Assembly (NCBI RefSeq): GCF_004010195.1
Contig: NC_057758.1
Coordinates: forward strand, 7,633,114 to 7,670,008
DNA length: 36,895 bases
Reading direction: 5' to 3'
From: Chiloscyllium plagiosum
Lineage: Eukaryota
Position numbers and translations under genes: made by a program. The stretch's first letter is position 1, and the number at the start of each line of letters is the position of its first letter. The notes below the pieces were generated by a model. That model did not search any database, was not told the origin of the DNA, and saw only the letters and a list, made by a program, of their open reading frames with translations. Positions 22,330 to 33,180 of this stretch are shown in pieces.

Positions 22330-23745
22330 AAGGTTCATAATCGACAGCAAAGCAAACGGCCTTTTGGCCCAACGCATCCTCCCAACTGCCTCACTATTCA
22401 AATACTATTTTCCAGCGTTTGGCACACTTTATTGCATGCACATTTGAATATTTCTTTATGGCTTGAGGGTTTTGCTCTCCCAAACGTAGACGACCTGATT
22501 TTCTCACCCCCACCACTCTCTGAACAAAAACGTTTTTCCTCACATCTACCATAAATTTTCTGCTGCTTACCTTAATATTTAGCTTCCTATTCATTGTACC
22601 GCCATTGATGGGGCAAAGCGTCCTTCCTGCCTCTCATAAATTTGTACACCTCACTCACGTCCACTCTCAATCTCCTTCACTGAAAAGGAAACAAACCGAA
22701 TCTGTTGAAACGCTCTTCAACACTCGAGCCCAAGGCAATATCCTGGCCAATCCCCAGAACCACTGTATCTTCCCCAATAAAATTTCATATCTCATACGTT
22801 GAGCATTCCAGAACTGCACACAATATACACAGTCGATAATATAGTACAGGAAAAGTTCAGCAGTCCAGTCATCATCCGAGGAGCAAACATGATGCTTGGG
22901 CACAAGCCCTCCATCAGGCATATACTCACTGTGGACTGAGCAATATTTGATGCTGTTCAAACATCACCTTTGTTTAAATTTGCACCTCAGCTAATAATGG
23001 CAAGTATGATATGTAACTTCTTAAACATTTGATCAGCCTGTCTGGATATCCTATGAAGTCAGTGACTATGTACTCCAATTTCCTTGTGATCGTTGATGTT
23101 TCCGCAGGGGCACCCCAATCTTTTGCTATGACCTTGTCTTGTTGGGCCTACCCAAGTGCTTATACACGCGCACTTATTTGGCAGAACCCCATTTGTCACT
23201 AATCAGCCCACCAATTCCATATTAGAGTCATTGGAATGAGAGACATTAGTATCTTGAATTACAAATGGCCTTCATCTGCTCTTCCATGATTCTATTCAGA
23301 TAAGCATCCACTCTTTAAAAAAACCTAGCAAAATATTCCTTCTAAAACAGGCATCAGCTAGGCCAGAACCAGAAAACCCAGGAGAATATACATTGCTCTT
23401 CGCATTTTCTCTTCGAACTCCTCAGAGTCCCCATGAGCAGACACGATGCTCTTTTCAACGAGTCAGTGCCAATCCGCGCATAGTATTCATTCTCAGTGAA
23501 AAGGGATTGAATCCACCACCTATATGTTAAAGTGAACGCGTGTTAAGCATTTTTTTCACCACCCCGTATACCTGCGAAACCACTTTCAGGTAACCATGTC
23601 ACTGAACTACTGGGTCTCTCTGTTCGGCAACATTCCCCAGATGCCCCATCAACAGCATAAGTTCTATCATTGTTTGGCTTACCAAAATCCAATGTATTGA
23701 ATTTATCTACATTCAGCTCCATTGGCCACAACGAAAACTGTGTTG
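22330..23745 (-). mobile_element. Patchwork of old CR1 3'/RT fragments (~22330-23270 and ~23520-23745)
   Basis: Minus-strand translations RKFMVDVRKNVFVQRVVGV, YCVQFWN and WPMELNVDKFNTLDFGK are CR1 ORF2-like. Confidence 0.7.
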
Positions 23746-23853
23746 AGAAGCTGGTGGACATATGGTACCGTAATGATGGTAGTAAAAAGACCTGAAGCAG
23801 CTTTCGACCGAGTCGGTGTTTTTATCTTTTTTATGGGTGTGTTTTGCTCTGTT

Positions 23854-24222
23854 CAATGTGCACCTGCTGCACAATATACACTACAATGATTGAAGAAGTA
23901 ATCCGAAAAGATTTTGAAGTTGAATATAAAAGAGTTTGACCACAGTACCCAACAAAAGAGAGTGAGCTGTTGATCAATGTCCAAGGACACCTCAGTCCCT
24001 GCAGCTCACTGAAGAGTGGGAGACAGGATAGAGACTATCAGCAAGTCTGTTCCTCTTCAGAGGTGAATGTTTAGCGAAAGTGTCCGTCCACTCGGTTTTG
24101 CTGTCAATTTGACACGACCAAGGCGGAGCGATCCCCTACCATGCATGTAAATGTATTGATGACCGAAGTCTCTTGCTGTTCACATGCGGACAGTTTGTAT
24201 CGCAATTGCAGTCACGAAGACG
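23854..24222 (-). pseudogene. Possible decayed V-set segment followed by a heptamer-like CACATTG
   Basis: CTCCTCAG| acceptor; TFTCMVGDRSALVVSN*(W)QQ; later FNFKIFSDYFFNHCSVYCAAG then CACATTG (23860-23854). Frameshifted and longer than a normal V exon. Confidence 0.4.
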
Positions 24223-24999
24223 CTGAGGAGATCAAAGCAGAGATTTAGGAACACACGGCCTTCCTCATTTGTTTTCCGGTGCTGTTACAGTCCATCAGTG
24301 ATGACAATGGAGTAGCGATTGAATCTCTCTGTTTTGAAGATCATGCCATATCCAATTAACAAACTACAAAATCGTTCACTGAAGGTGTGTCTGGCCATTC
24401 TGCATCTAAGTCGGTAAAATGTGGGGCTGGAATAAAGCACAGCAGGTCAGGCAGATCTGCGGAGCAAGGAGTCCCCATTATCAGGAGGACCTGATGCAGG
24501 AACCTTCATTCTGTCACTAAGGTCTATCCTGACTCTTTATCAGATTCTGGCTGCTCTGTGTCTTACCACCATGCTTGTGTGATGGTGCAAATCCCTTCCA
24601 AACCAAAGGTGTCACTGTCATATTTGACACATTTCTGAAATTGTGATTATGCAGTTTAACATCTTCTTTAATGATTCACACAAAGTAATAAAAAACTGCA
24701 CACCGCGCCTGCAAAGGATCTCTTCATAGTCACTTCTTATTTCACACCTTCCTATTGCTGCCGACTGACATATAAAAGTACATGATTTCCAATTCATCCA
24801 CGGACTCATCCCACTTTAATCTCGTTCAGTTGGAAATTCATATGAGATACCTCGGATCCTTTAATTGCCATCCTCCTGAACCATTGTGACATAATGCAGG
24901 ATATAATAAGAAAGGAAGATTGAATCCTGAATTCACTGCAAATGGACTGAACTATATAAAGTCAAATTGTTAATACAATTAAACAGACGTCGTGAGACC

Positions 25000-25385
25000 A
25001 CAGTTGGAGCATTTTGTCCAGTTTGGGTTACTTTTCTTGAGGAAAGATGTGGTGGCACTGGAGGCTGTTCAGAGGACGTTCATCAAGTTGCTTCCACAAA
25101 TGATAAAGCTGTAATGAAAGGAGTGCAAGTAACTTTGGCTTGAACTAGAACCTCATGATGGAGTTCAAAAGGGTGAGTGTTTATCTGATTGAGGCACTTT
25201 TAGGAAAAAGGCAATTGATAAGGTGGGCATTGAGCAAATGATTCTTGTTTGTGGGATAGTTTCGACCAAGAGAACTGGGATACAGAGTCAAAAGAGATAG
25301 TTTGAAAGCTGAGATGAGAAATAGCTGCTTCTCTCAGGGGATGGTGAGTCGTATGAGCTCACTTCCCCAGAATGCATTTGGGGGA
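25000..25385 (+). mobile_element. Old CR1 3' fragment
   Basis: CCACAGTTGGAGCATTTTGTCCAGTTTGG...GGAAAGATGTGGTGGCACTGGAGG parallels 19300-19380. Confidence 0.75.
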
Positions 25386-25683
25386 ATCTAGAATTAGAAT
25401 GTGTACTCGATCTAGAAATAGAATTAGAATTGGAATTTTTGTCAAGTGTTCTCAAGCACAGAGAGAGAGAAGCAAAGTGAAAAGTGTGTATTGTCCACAT
25501 TACCCGCGCCATCTTAGATATAGAGGTGTCTAATGACAATTCCTATATATTATGTAGAAAGGTAAGAAATTATAACTAAAAGTCAACATGAAAGCCTTAA
25601 AATAGTAAAATTAAGAAATACTGTTGGAAGGTCAACATTGAATATCAAAGAGCAGTGATTACATTATCTCTGATTTGAGATCA

Positions 25684-25903
25684 GAAGTGTGGCACTAGAA
25701 AATCACAGCAGGTCAGGCAGCATCAGATGAGTAGGAGTGTCGATGTTCAGCGATAAACTCTTCATCAGAAATGTGATATTCCTAATGAAGGGCTTTTACC
25801 TGAAATGTCGACATTTCTTTTCTTCTTTTGGTGCCTGACATGTTATTATTTTGAGCTGCACACTACTTGACACTGATCTCCAGCATCTGCAGTCTTCACT
25901 TTC
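25684..25903. mobile_element. Older palindromic PLE-end insertion with degenerate hammerhead motifs
   Basis: The left arm ends CTTCATCAGAAAT and the right arm starts ATTCCTAATGAAGGGCTTTTACCTGAAATGTCGA; same layout as 16365-16586. Confidence 0.75.
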
Positions 25904-25946
25904 ACTCTTATTGCAGGAGCTTATTTCCTGGCATTAGTGACTTACC

Positions 25947-27481
25947 ACCTGTCAGCTCAAGCTTGTGTACTCTCTAGATCTTCTTGCGGTGAATATGGAC
26001 TCTTCGGTAACTGAGGAGTCAGGGATGGGTGCTTAACATCGTACAATTATTGGCGAACGCCAGCACTTCCTTTGAGGTGACACTTTGTTGGAGTGTGTCC
26101 ATTTTGGGTAAGGAAGTCAACCCTTTAAGAGAGATCTTAAGGAACATCTTCTGTCAGAGGTTATTATGGTGTACATTACCACAGACGACTATGCGGCTCA
26201 TTCATGAAAATGCGTGTTCAATTAATAAGGGGAGTAAGTGTCTTGGGAAAAGAAAAGGAATTGGAGTGAAGGATGACCAGATCAGCCACGATCTGTTTCA
26301 ATGTCGGGAAAAACTCAATCGACTCTATGGTCTAATTCCCCCTCTGCCCCTTCCGGTCATATGGGAAGAAATTGAAAACTAAAACGTTCTGCAATTGCTC
26401 ATATATAACACATAATAAAAATATTGACTTGTCGATGATAGATCTTAAGTTATTGGAGACAAGTGCACAGAGACTTGACAAAGCACTACACTCAAAGTAC
26501 AGCAGGAATGAGGATGGGAAAAAAATCAGCATTTAATTTGACTGCAGAAAGCTCAGTGGCTCAGAATAGTTCTCATGTTCAGGGAATACCGATCCTGAGG
26601 AGCATACGTGCGATTGCAGAGATACAGAGGGTGTGATGAACTGAAGGGATATCTCACCGTGATGCAATAAAACCAGCTATCACAGGCAAGCACTTGTGGA
26701 ATAGCAGGAGCAGTTGAAGACTCAGAATGGCCTCATTCGTTCACCAACACCTCCATTTTCGAACTTATTTTGCATATCTCAACAGACAAAATTCTAAATA
26801 TTTTTTGTGCTTATTTTGGAAATTGAAGCAAATGCCATTGGAGAAACTGAGCAGATGTGGCATAATCCATGGAAAGTCATTGAGAAAAATCAAAACAGCG
26901 TGCATGTTCAGGCCAATCTGACTTCCATCAGAGTTTCTTCAGAATTTAAACTCGAAACGTGATCAATGTTTGTCTTGCACTTGGGACGCTGCCAGACCAT
27001 CTTGGGATTTTCCAGCATTCTGCGTGCTCTCCTTTCACTTTTAAATGTATCCACACCTCCTATCATAACCCACAGTTCGTGGAGTCTATGAGCAGTGAAG
27101 CGCTCTGTGACCATCAGTGACTTGAGAATCAAAATCAATGTTATTGCCACCCTTCACTAAGCACTACCCAGCCAAAATGTGAGGGACATGCGCATGAGAG
27201 TTGGAACTACATGACCTCATAGACGATTCAATGGTTAATCATCACACAGATACGGTGGCCATTGCCTCCACCTTCAACATGCTAAATTGCCAGACAACTG
27301 ACTGTCCCCATTGTGAACAGGGAAATGAAGCAGGCTTGTTACAATCGTCCGTCAAGCTGTTTGTGGATGTCCTGACACACGTCAGTTACCATCCCTGGCC
27401 GAGGACAGAATCAACCTTTGAATTCTGATTCGGAATTCCTGCCTCACTGCATTATTAGATGAGTGGAACAGATGGGACACG
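25947..27481 (+). pseudogene. Decayed TCR-beta-like IgSF gene, copy B (possible leader 25947-25988, VJ-like exon 26557-~26965, C1 exon 27076-27403, 23-bp mini-exon 27459-27481)
   Basis: Paralog of 199-1673. The C exon is 328 bp with EIKINVIATLH*, VNHHTD, RQLTVP and terminal PGR. The mini-exon is bounded by TAG| and |GTGAGC. Confidence 0.55.
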
Positions 27482-27539
27482 GTGAGCATGTAATCAGCAG
27501 CCTTAACAATTACCTTGAACTACTTTAGTTAAATGGTTG

Positions 27540-28335
27540 TCAAGCTCTTTCTCATTCACCTGCGGGTACAAATAAGGGTGTTGTTCATAGCCATGTTTTT
27601 TCGAGGGAAACAAAATAAAATTCCATGCAGTTGGAGAAAGGAATGCTGTGATTTTTTTCATCTGTTTTATCAACTCTTCGAAGTTGAGGGCCATCTTTTG
27701 GGAACCATGTCCATTAAACACAAGGTTCCTCTGTTCCTGTACTGCCCTCAAAGTGTAATACTGATCCTGCATTGTCTCAGAGAAGGTGCAATCATTATTT
27801 CAGCATATACATCATTTTCCTGCCTTATTTTCTCATCTCAATCCTTGGGCATCTATGGAACTTAGGATAGCTTTAGATAGCCCATATTTATTTCTCTTCA
27901 GTCGGTTCACAGACACCACTCTACTCATGTCCTTTTTGAAATTTGTTCATTTTAATGCATAGTTTTGCCATTACAATGCATTTCCAGTCGATGTAATCCT
28001 GTTCAACTTAAAGATCCCGATATATCTCCACATTTCCTATCAAAGGTCGTAATTATTGACTGACGAGTATCCTTTTCCAATTTCAGATTGAACCGTATGA
28101 TGTTATGATCGCTGTTTCCCAAATGCTCCCAGCCTGTGACTTTCCCATGTTGGTCTGCTTAAATTACTCCCCTCCTCACACCATGCGTTGTTTTCTCCGG
28201 GTGTTCCCTCGGATAATTAAAATTGCCAACAAGCTAAACCCAACCAATCCTGCAGGTTTCCAAATTCTTCCTCCAAATGTGATGTTCCACGTCCCATCCA
28301 TTGTTTGGAGGACTGTAATAAATACACAAAATAAG
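27540..28335 (-). mobile_element. Old CR1 fragments (RT and endonuclease regions)
   Basis: Minus strand YTLRAVQEQRNL..HGSQK (ORF 27503..27772); the stretch GATCGCTGTTTCCCAAATGCTC...CTGCTTAAATTACTCCC parallels 31560-31780. Confidence 0.65.
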
Positions 28336-28394
28336 CCACCGTCCCCTTTTTGTTGATCATCTCAGGTCCATTACAGCATCATAAGTTTTGCGTT

Positions 28395-28690
28395 GGGCAG
28401 GCATGGTGGCTCAGTAGTTAGCACTGCTGCCTCACAGCCCTAGAATCCCAAGTTCGATTCCCGCCTCAGGCGAATCTCTGTGTGGAGTCAGCACATTATC
28501 ACCATGTCTGCATGGGGTTCCTCCGGGTGCTTGGGTTTCCTCCCACAATCAGAAGATATGCTTGTCAGGTGAACTGGCAATGCTAAATTGCCCATCGTGC
28601 TCGGGGCATTAATCAGGGGTAAATATAGGATAGACAAAAGGCTCTGGGTAGGTTACTCTTCGGATAATGGTTGTTGTCTTGTTGGGTGAA
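28395..28690 (+). mobile_element. HE1-type SINE with Pol III A/B boxes
   Basis: A box TGGCTCAGTAGTTAG, B box GTTCGATTCC (~28452), and the conserved body. Confidence 0.9.
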
Positions 28691-29124
28691 ATTACCGTAG
28701 GTGACCTCAGCTAATCTGATGAGGACTCCACTCCCCATTCCCACTGCATGAAAAATAGTTCTTACCTACATAGTCTCTTATCATGCGTCAGTCCTGCCAT
28801 CCTGCCAATCGGTCTGCCAAATCTTCATTACTCTCCATGTGTCGACAGAACATCCTCCTCACTTTAAATGCTCAAAACTAATTGCAACACTGCTGGTGTC
28901 ATGTAATCGTGGTCAGTACAGAGGGATCCCTACATCCAAAGTGGGCCTATCTGAAGAAGTGTTATGCTGCCAGATGGTCTGTCCCCAGGCAGAGGACATT
29001 GTCAGTTGGTCAGTGCTGAGGAAGCGGCGGATATTCCGTACAAAAGACGGCACTTATGGTGATAGAGTCACGTCTGAGAGAGCATCACACTACAATCTGT
29101 AAGCACGGGAATGGTATGAACTAT

Positions 29125-29303
29125 TGCGGGAAGGGCTGTAGATGTCATAACATGGACTTAAGTAGGCATCTCATAAGGTTCTCCATGATATGCTGATGGA
29201 GAAGATGAAGGTGCATGGGGTCCAGGGTGTTCTAGCTGGATGTAGAGTGAACTGGCTGGACAACAGGAAACAGAGAGTAGTAGTGGAAGGGAGTTTCTCA
29301 AAA
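29125..29303 (+). mobile_element. Older CR1 RT, left half of a split element
   Basis: Decayed AVDV..MD...HGVQG..NWLDNRKQRVVVEGSFSK; continues as WRPVT at 32432. Confidence 0.85.
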
Positions 29304-32300
29304 TAAGACCATAAAAACATAAGACATAGGAGTGGAAGTAAGGGCATTCGGCCCACCGAGTGCACTCCGCAATTTAATCATGGCTGATGGGCATTTCAAC
29401 TCCATTTACCCGCATTCTCCCATAGCCCTTTATTCCTTGTGATATCAAGAATTTATCAATCCCTGCTTTGAAGACATTTAGCATCCCGGCCTCCACTGCA
29501 CTCCGCGGCAATGAATTCCACAGGCCCACTACTCTCTGGCTGAAGACATGTCCCCGTATTTCTTTTCTGAATTGACCCCCTCTAATTCAAAGGCTGTGTC
29601 CACGGGTCCTAGTCTCCTCGCCGAATGGAAACAATTTCCTAGCGTCCACCCTTTCCAAGCCATGTATTATCTTGTCAGTTTCTATTAGATCTCCCCTTAA
29701 CCTTCTAAACACCAATGAATACAATCGCAGGATCCTCAGCCTTAGCTCATAAGTTAGACCTACCATTCCAGGGATCATCCGTGTGAATCTCCACTGGACA
29801 CTCTCCAATGCCAGTATGTCCTTCCTGAGGTGTGGGGATCAAAACTGGACACAGCACTAACCCGAGCTTTATAAAGTCTCAGTAGCACAACGGTGCTTTT
29901 ATATTCCAACCCTCTTGATAGAAATGACAACATTGCATTCGCTTTCTTAATCACGGATTCAACCTGCATGTTTACCTTTAGAGATTCCTCGACTAGCACT
30001 CCCAGATCTCTTTGTACTTTGGCTTTATAAATTTTCTCACCGTTTAGAAAGTAGTCCATGCTTGTATTCTTTTTTCCAAAGTGCAAAACCTCGCATTTGC
30101 TCACATTGAACTTCATCAGCCATTTCCCGGACCACTCTCCCAAACGGTCCTGATCCGTCTGCAGCCTCCCCAATTCCTCAGTACTACCTGCCTGTCCACC
30201 TAACTTCGTATCATCGACAAACTTCGCAAGAATGCCCCCAGTCCCTTCATCCAGATCATTAATATATAACGGGAACAGCTGCGGCCCCAACACTGAACCC
30301 TGTGGGACACCGCTTGTCACTGGTTGCCATTCCCAAAAAGAACATTTTCTCCCAACTCTCTGTCTTCTGTCAGACAGCCAATCCTCAATCCATGCCAATA
30401 GCTCACCTCGAACACCATGGGCCCTCACCTGACTCAGCAGCCTCCCGTGTGGCACCTTATCAAAGGCCTTTTGGAAGTCTAGATAGACCACATCCACTGG
30501 GTTTCCCTGGTCTGACCTACTTGTCACCTCTTCAAAGAATTCTAACAGGTTTGTCAGGTACGACCCCCCCTTACTAAATCTATGTTGACTTGTTCTAAGC
30601 CGAACCTGTTCTTCCAAGAATTTTGAATCCTCATCCTTAACGATGGATTCTAGAATTTTACCAACAACCGAGGTTAGGCTAATTGGCCTATAATTTTCCA
30701 TCTTTTGTTTTGATCCTTTCTTGAACAAGGAGGTGACAACAGCGATCTTCCAATCATCCGGGATTTTCCCTGACTCCACTGACTTTTGAAAGATCTCAAC
30801 CAATGCCTCCGCTATTTCCTCAGCCAAGTCCCTCAGAACTCTAGGATGTCGCCCATCGGACCCAGGAGATTTATCAATTTTAAGACCTTTTAGCTTTTCT
30901 AGCACTTTCTCTTTTGTAATGGCAACCATACTTAACTCAGCCCCCTGACTCCCTTTAATTGTTGGGATATTACTCATGTCGTCCACTGTGGAGACTGACG
31001 CAAAGTACTTATTAAGTTCTCCAGCTATTTCCTTATCTCCCATCACTAGCCTTCAAGCATCAGTTTGAAGTGTCCCAATGTCGACTTTTGCCTGTCGTTT
31101 GTTTCTTATGTATTGAAGGAATATTTTACTGTCATTTGTAATATTACTGGCTAGCCTACCTTCATATTTGATGCTCTCCTTTCTTATTTCTCTCTTTGTT
31201 ATTCTCTGTTTAGTTTTGTAGCCTTCACAATCTTCTGATTCCCCAGTGCTCTTGGCCACTTTATAGGATCTCTCTTTTTTTTGACACATTTCTTGACTTC
31301 CTTTGTCAGCCATGGCTGTCTAATCCCTCCCCGGATAATCTTTCTTTTCTTCGGATTGAACCTCTGTACTGTGTCCTCAATTATCCCCACAAACGCCTGC
31401 CAGTTTTTCTCTACTGTCTTCCCCGTTAGGCTCTGCTTCCAGTCGATTTTCGTCAGTTCCTCTCTCATGCCTTCATAATTACCGTTATTTAACTGTAACA
31501 CCATTACATCTGATTTTGCCTTCTCTCTTTCAAACTGCAGACTGAACTTTACCAAATTATGATCGATGCTTCCTAAGTGTTCCCTTACTTTAAGATCATT
31601 TATAAAGTCTGGTTCATTACATAGCACGAGGTCCAGAATAGCCTGCAGCCTTGTGGGCTCCATGACAATCTGTTCCAAAAAGCCATCCTGTAAGCATTGC
31701 ATGAATTCCCTTTCTTTGGATCCACTGGCAACATTATTTACCCAGTCCACCTGCATATTGAAGTCCCCCATTATCACCAGGACCTTGCCTTTCTGACATG
31801 CCTTGTCTATTTCCCGGTACATGTTGCATCCCTGGTCCTGACCACTGTTAGGAGGTCTGTACATAACTCCCACTATGTTTTTTTTTACTTTGTGGTTGCT
31901 CAATTCCACCCACACAGAATTCACATCATCCGACCTCATGTCATTCAGTGCTATTGATTTAATTTTGTCCTTAACTAACAAGGCCACCCCGCCCCCTATG
32001 CCCACCTCCCTGTCTTTTCGATAAGTTGTAAATACTTGAATGATTAACTGCCAGTCCTGAACCCCCTGCAACCACGTTTCTGTGATGCCTACCACATCAT
32101 AATCATTCACGATGATCTGTGCCGTTCGTTCATCTACTATGTTACGAATGCTACGAACATTCAGGTAAAGTGCCTTAATGCTAACTTTCTTATCATTAGA
32201 GATATTGGAAGTCATAAGATGTCTTAAGTTATCCTTCCTTTTTGCTGCATTCCTAGTCTGGCTCAAGCTTAAATCCACCTGCACACATGCTATCCTGCTG

Positions 32301-32439
32301 CTTAACTTTCCATTTACCTCCATATTCCCTGTCGCTTTCACAATCTTCTCCCCACAACTCAGAAGTTTAAAGTCCTACTGACCACCTTATTTATCCTCTT
32401 CGCTAGAACATTGGTAACAGATCGGTTCAGGTGGAGACC
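29303..32439 (-). mobile_element. CR1-clade LINE (ORF1 C-terminus, ORF2 EN plus RT, 3' UTR), 5'-truncated and disrupted; copy B
   Basis: GLHLNRSVTNVLAKRINKVVSRTLN (ORF1 end); endonuclease ORF 31199..32341; RT ORF 29775..31046 with GVPQGSVLGP and FVDD. Confidence 0.97.
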
Positions 32440-33165
32440 TGTGACCTTCGGTGTTCCATGCTGGGACCACTGTTGTTTGTGATATATATAGATAATTTGG
32501 AGGAATGCATTTGTTGCCAAATTAGCAAGTTGCAGATGACACGAAGATTGGTGGAGTAGCAATTTGTGAAGTGGACTATCGCAAATACAGCTGAATATAG
32601 ATGGATTGGACAGATTGCAAAAACAAAATGCCAGGTATAGTTGAATGCAAGTAAATGCGAAGTGATGCATTCTGAAAGATCCAATCCAAGAACAAACTAT
32701 GCAGTAACCAGAAAAGTCCTGGGTAAAGGTTACTTACAGAGAGACTTGAGTGTTCAGGTCCATTATTCCCAGAAGGTGTCAACGCAGGTCCGCAAAGTGG
32801 TCAAGAAGGCATATGGCATCCTTTCGTACATTGGATAAGGTATTGAGTACAAAGGTTGGCAGTCGTGTTACGGTTGCATGGGACTTTTGTTCGACCACAT
32901 TTTGAATTCTGCATATAGTTCTGGTGGCCATCTTACGAAAAGGAAATATGGATGTTTTGGAGAGTGTGCAGTGGATGTTCCCCAGAATGTTACCGGGTGT
33001 AGAGTAAACTAGGTAAAAAGAGAGGTGGTTTAGAATTATTTTCATTGCAAAGAAGAAATTTGGGGAGAGACCCAATGAGGTCTAAAAATTCATGAGTTTT
33101 AGAAAGGGTGGACAGCAAGAAGCATTTTCCCAGAATGCAGATCTCAATTACTAGGTGTCAAGAGT
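32432..33165 (+). mobile_element. Older CR1 RT, right half of a split element
   Basis: WRPVTFGVP..LGPLLFVIYI..ADDTKIGG..NASKCEVMH..VVKKAYGIL. Confidence 0.88.
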
Positions 33166-33180
33166 TCAAAGTGTGGAGGG

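Noticed and set aside
26029..26382. ORF open in both duplicate copies (also 1238..1570)
   Set aside because: Mostly CR1 3'-end sequence; its conservation reflects the duplication, not coding constraint.
27201..27428. 75-aa ORF shared by both copies (also 174..401) as a standalone gene
   Set aside because: It has a non-ATG start and is a partly out-of-frame read of the decayed C1 exon.
28395..28470. tRNA-like A/B boxes
   Set aside because: They are the head of a SINE, not a tRNA gene.
29775..32341. Long EN and RT ORFs as an active LINE or domesticated gene
   Set aside because: The element is 5'-truncated, frameshifted between and within domains, and has FADD changed to FVDD.
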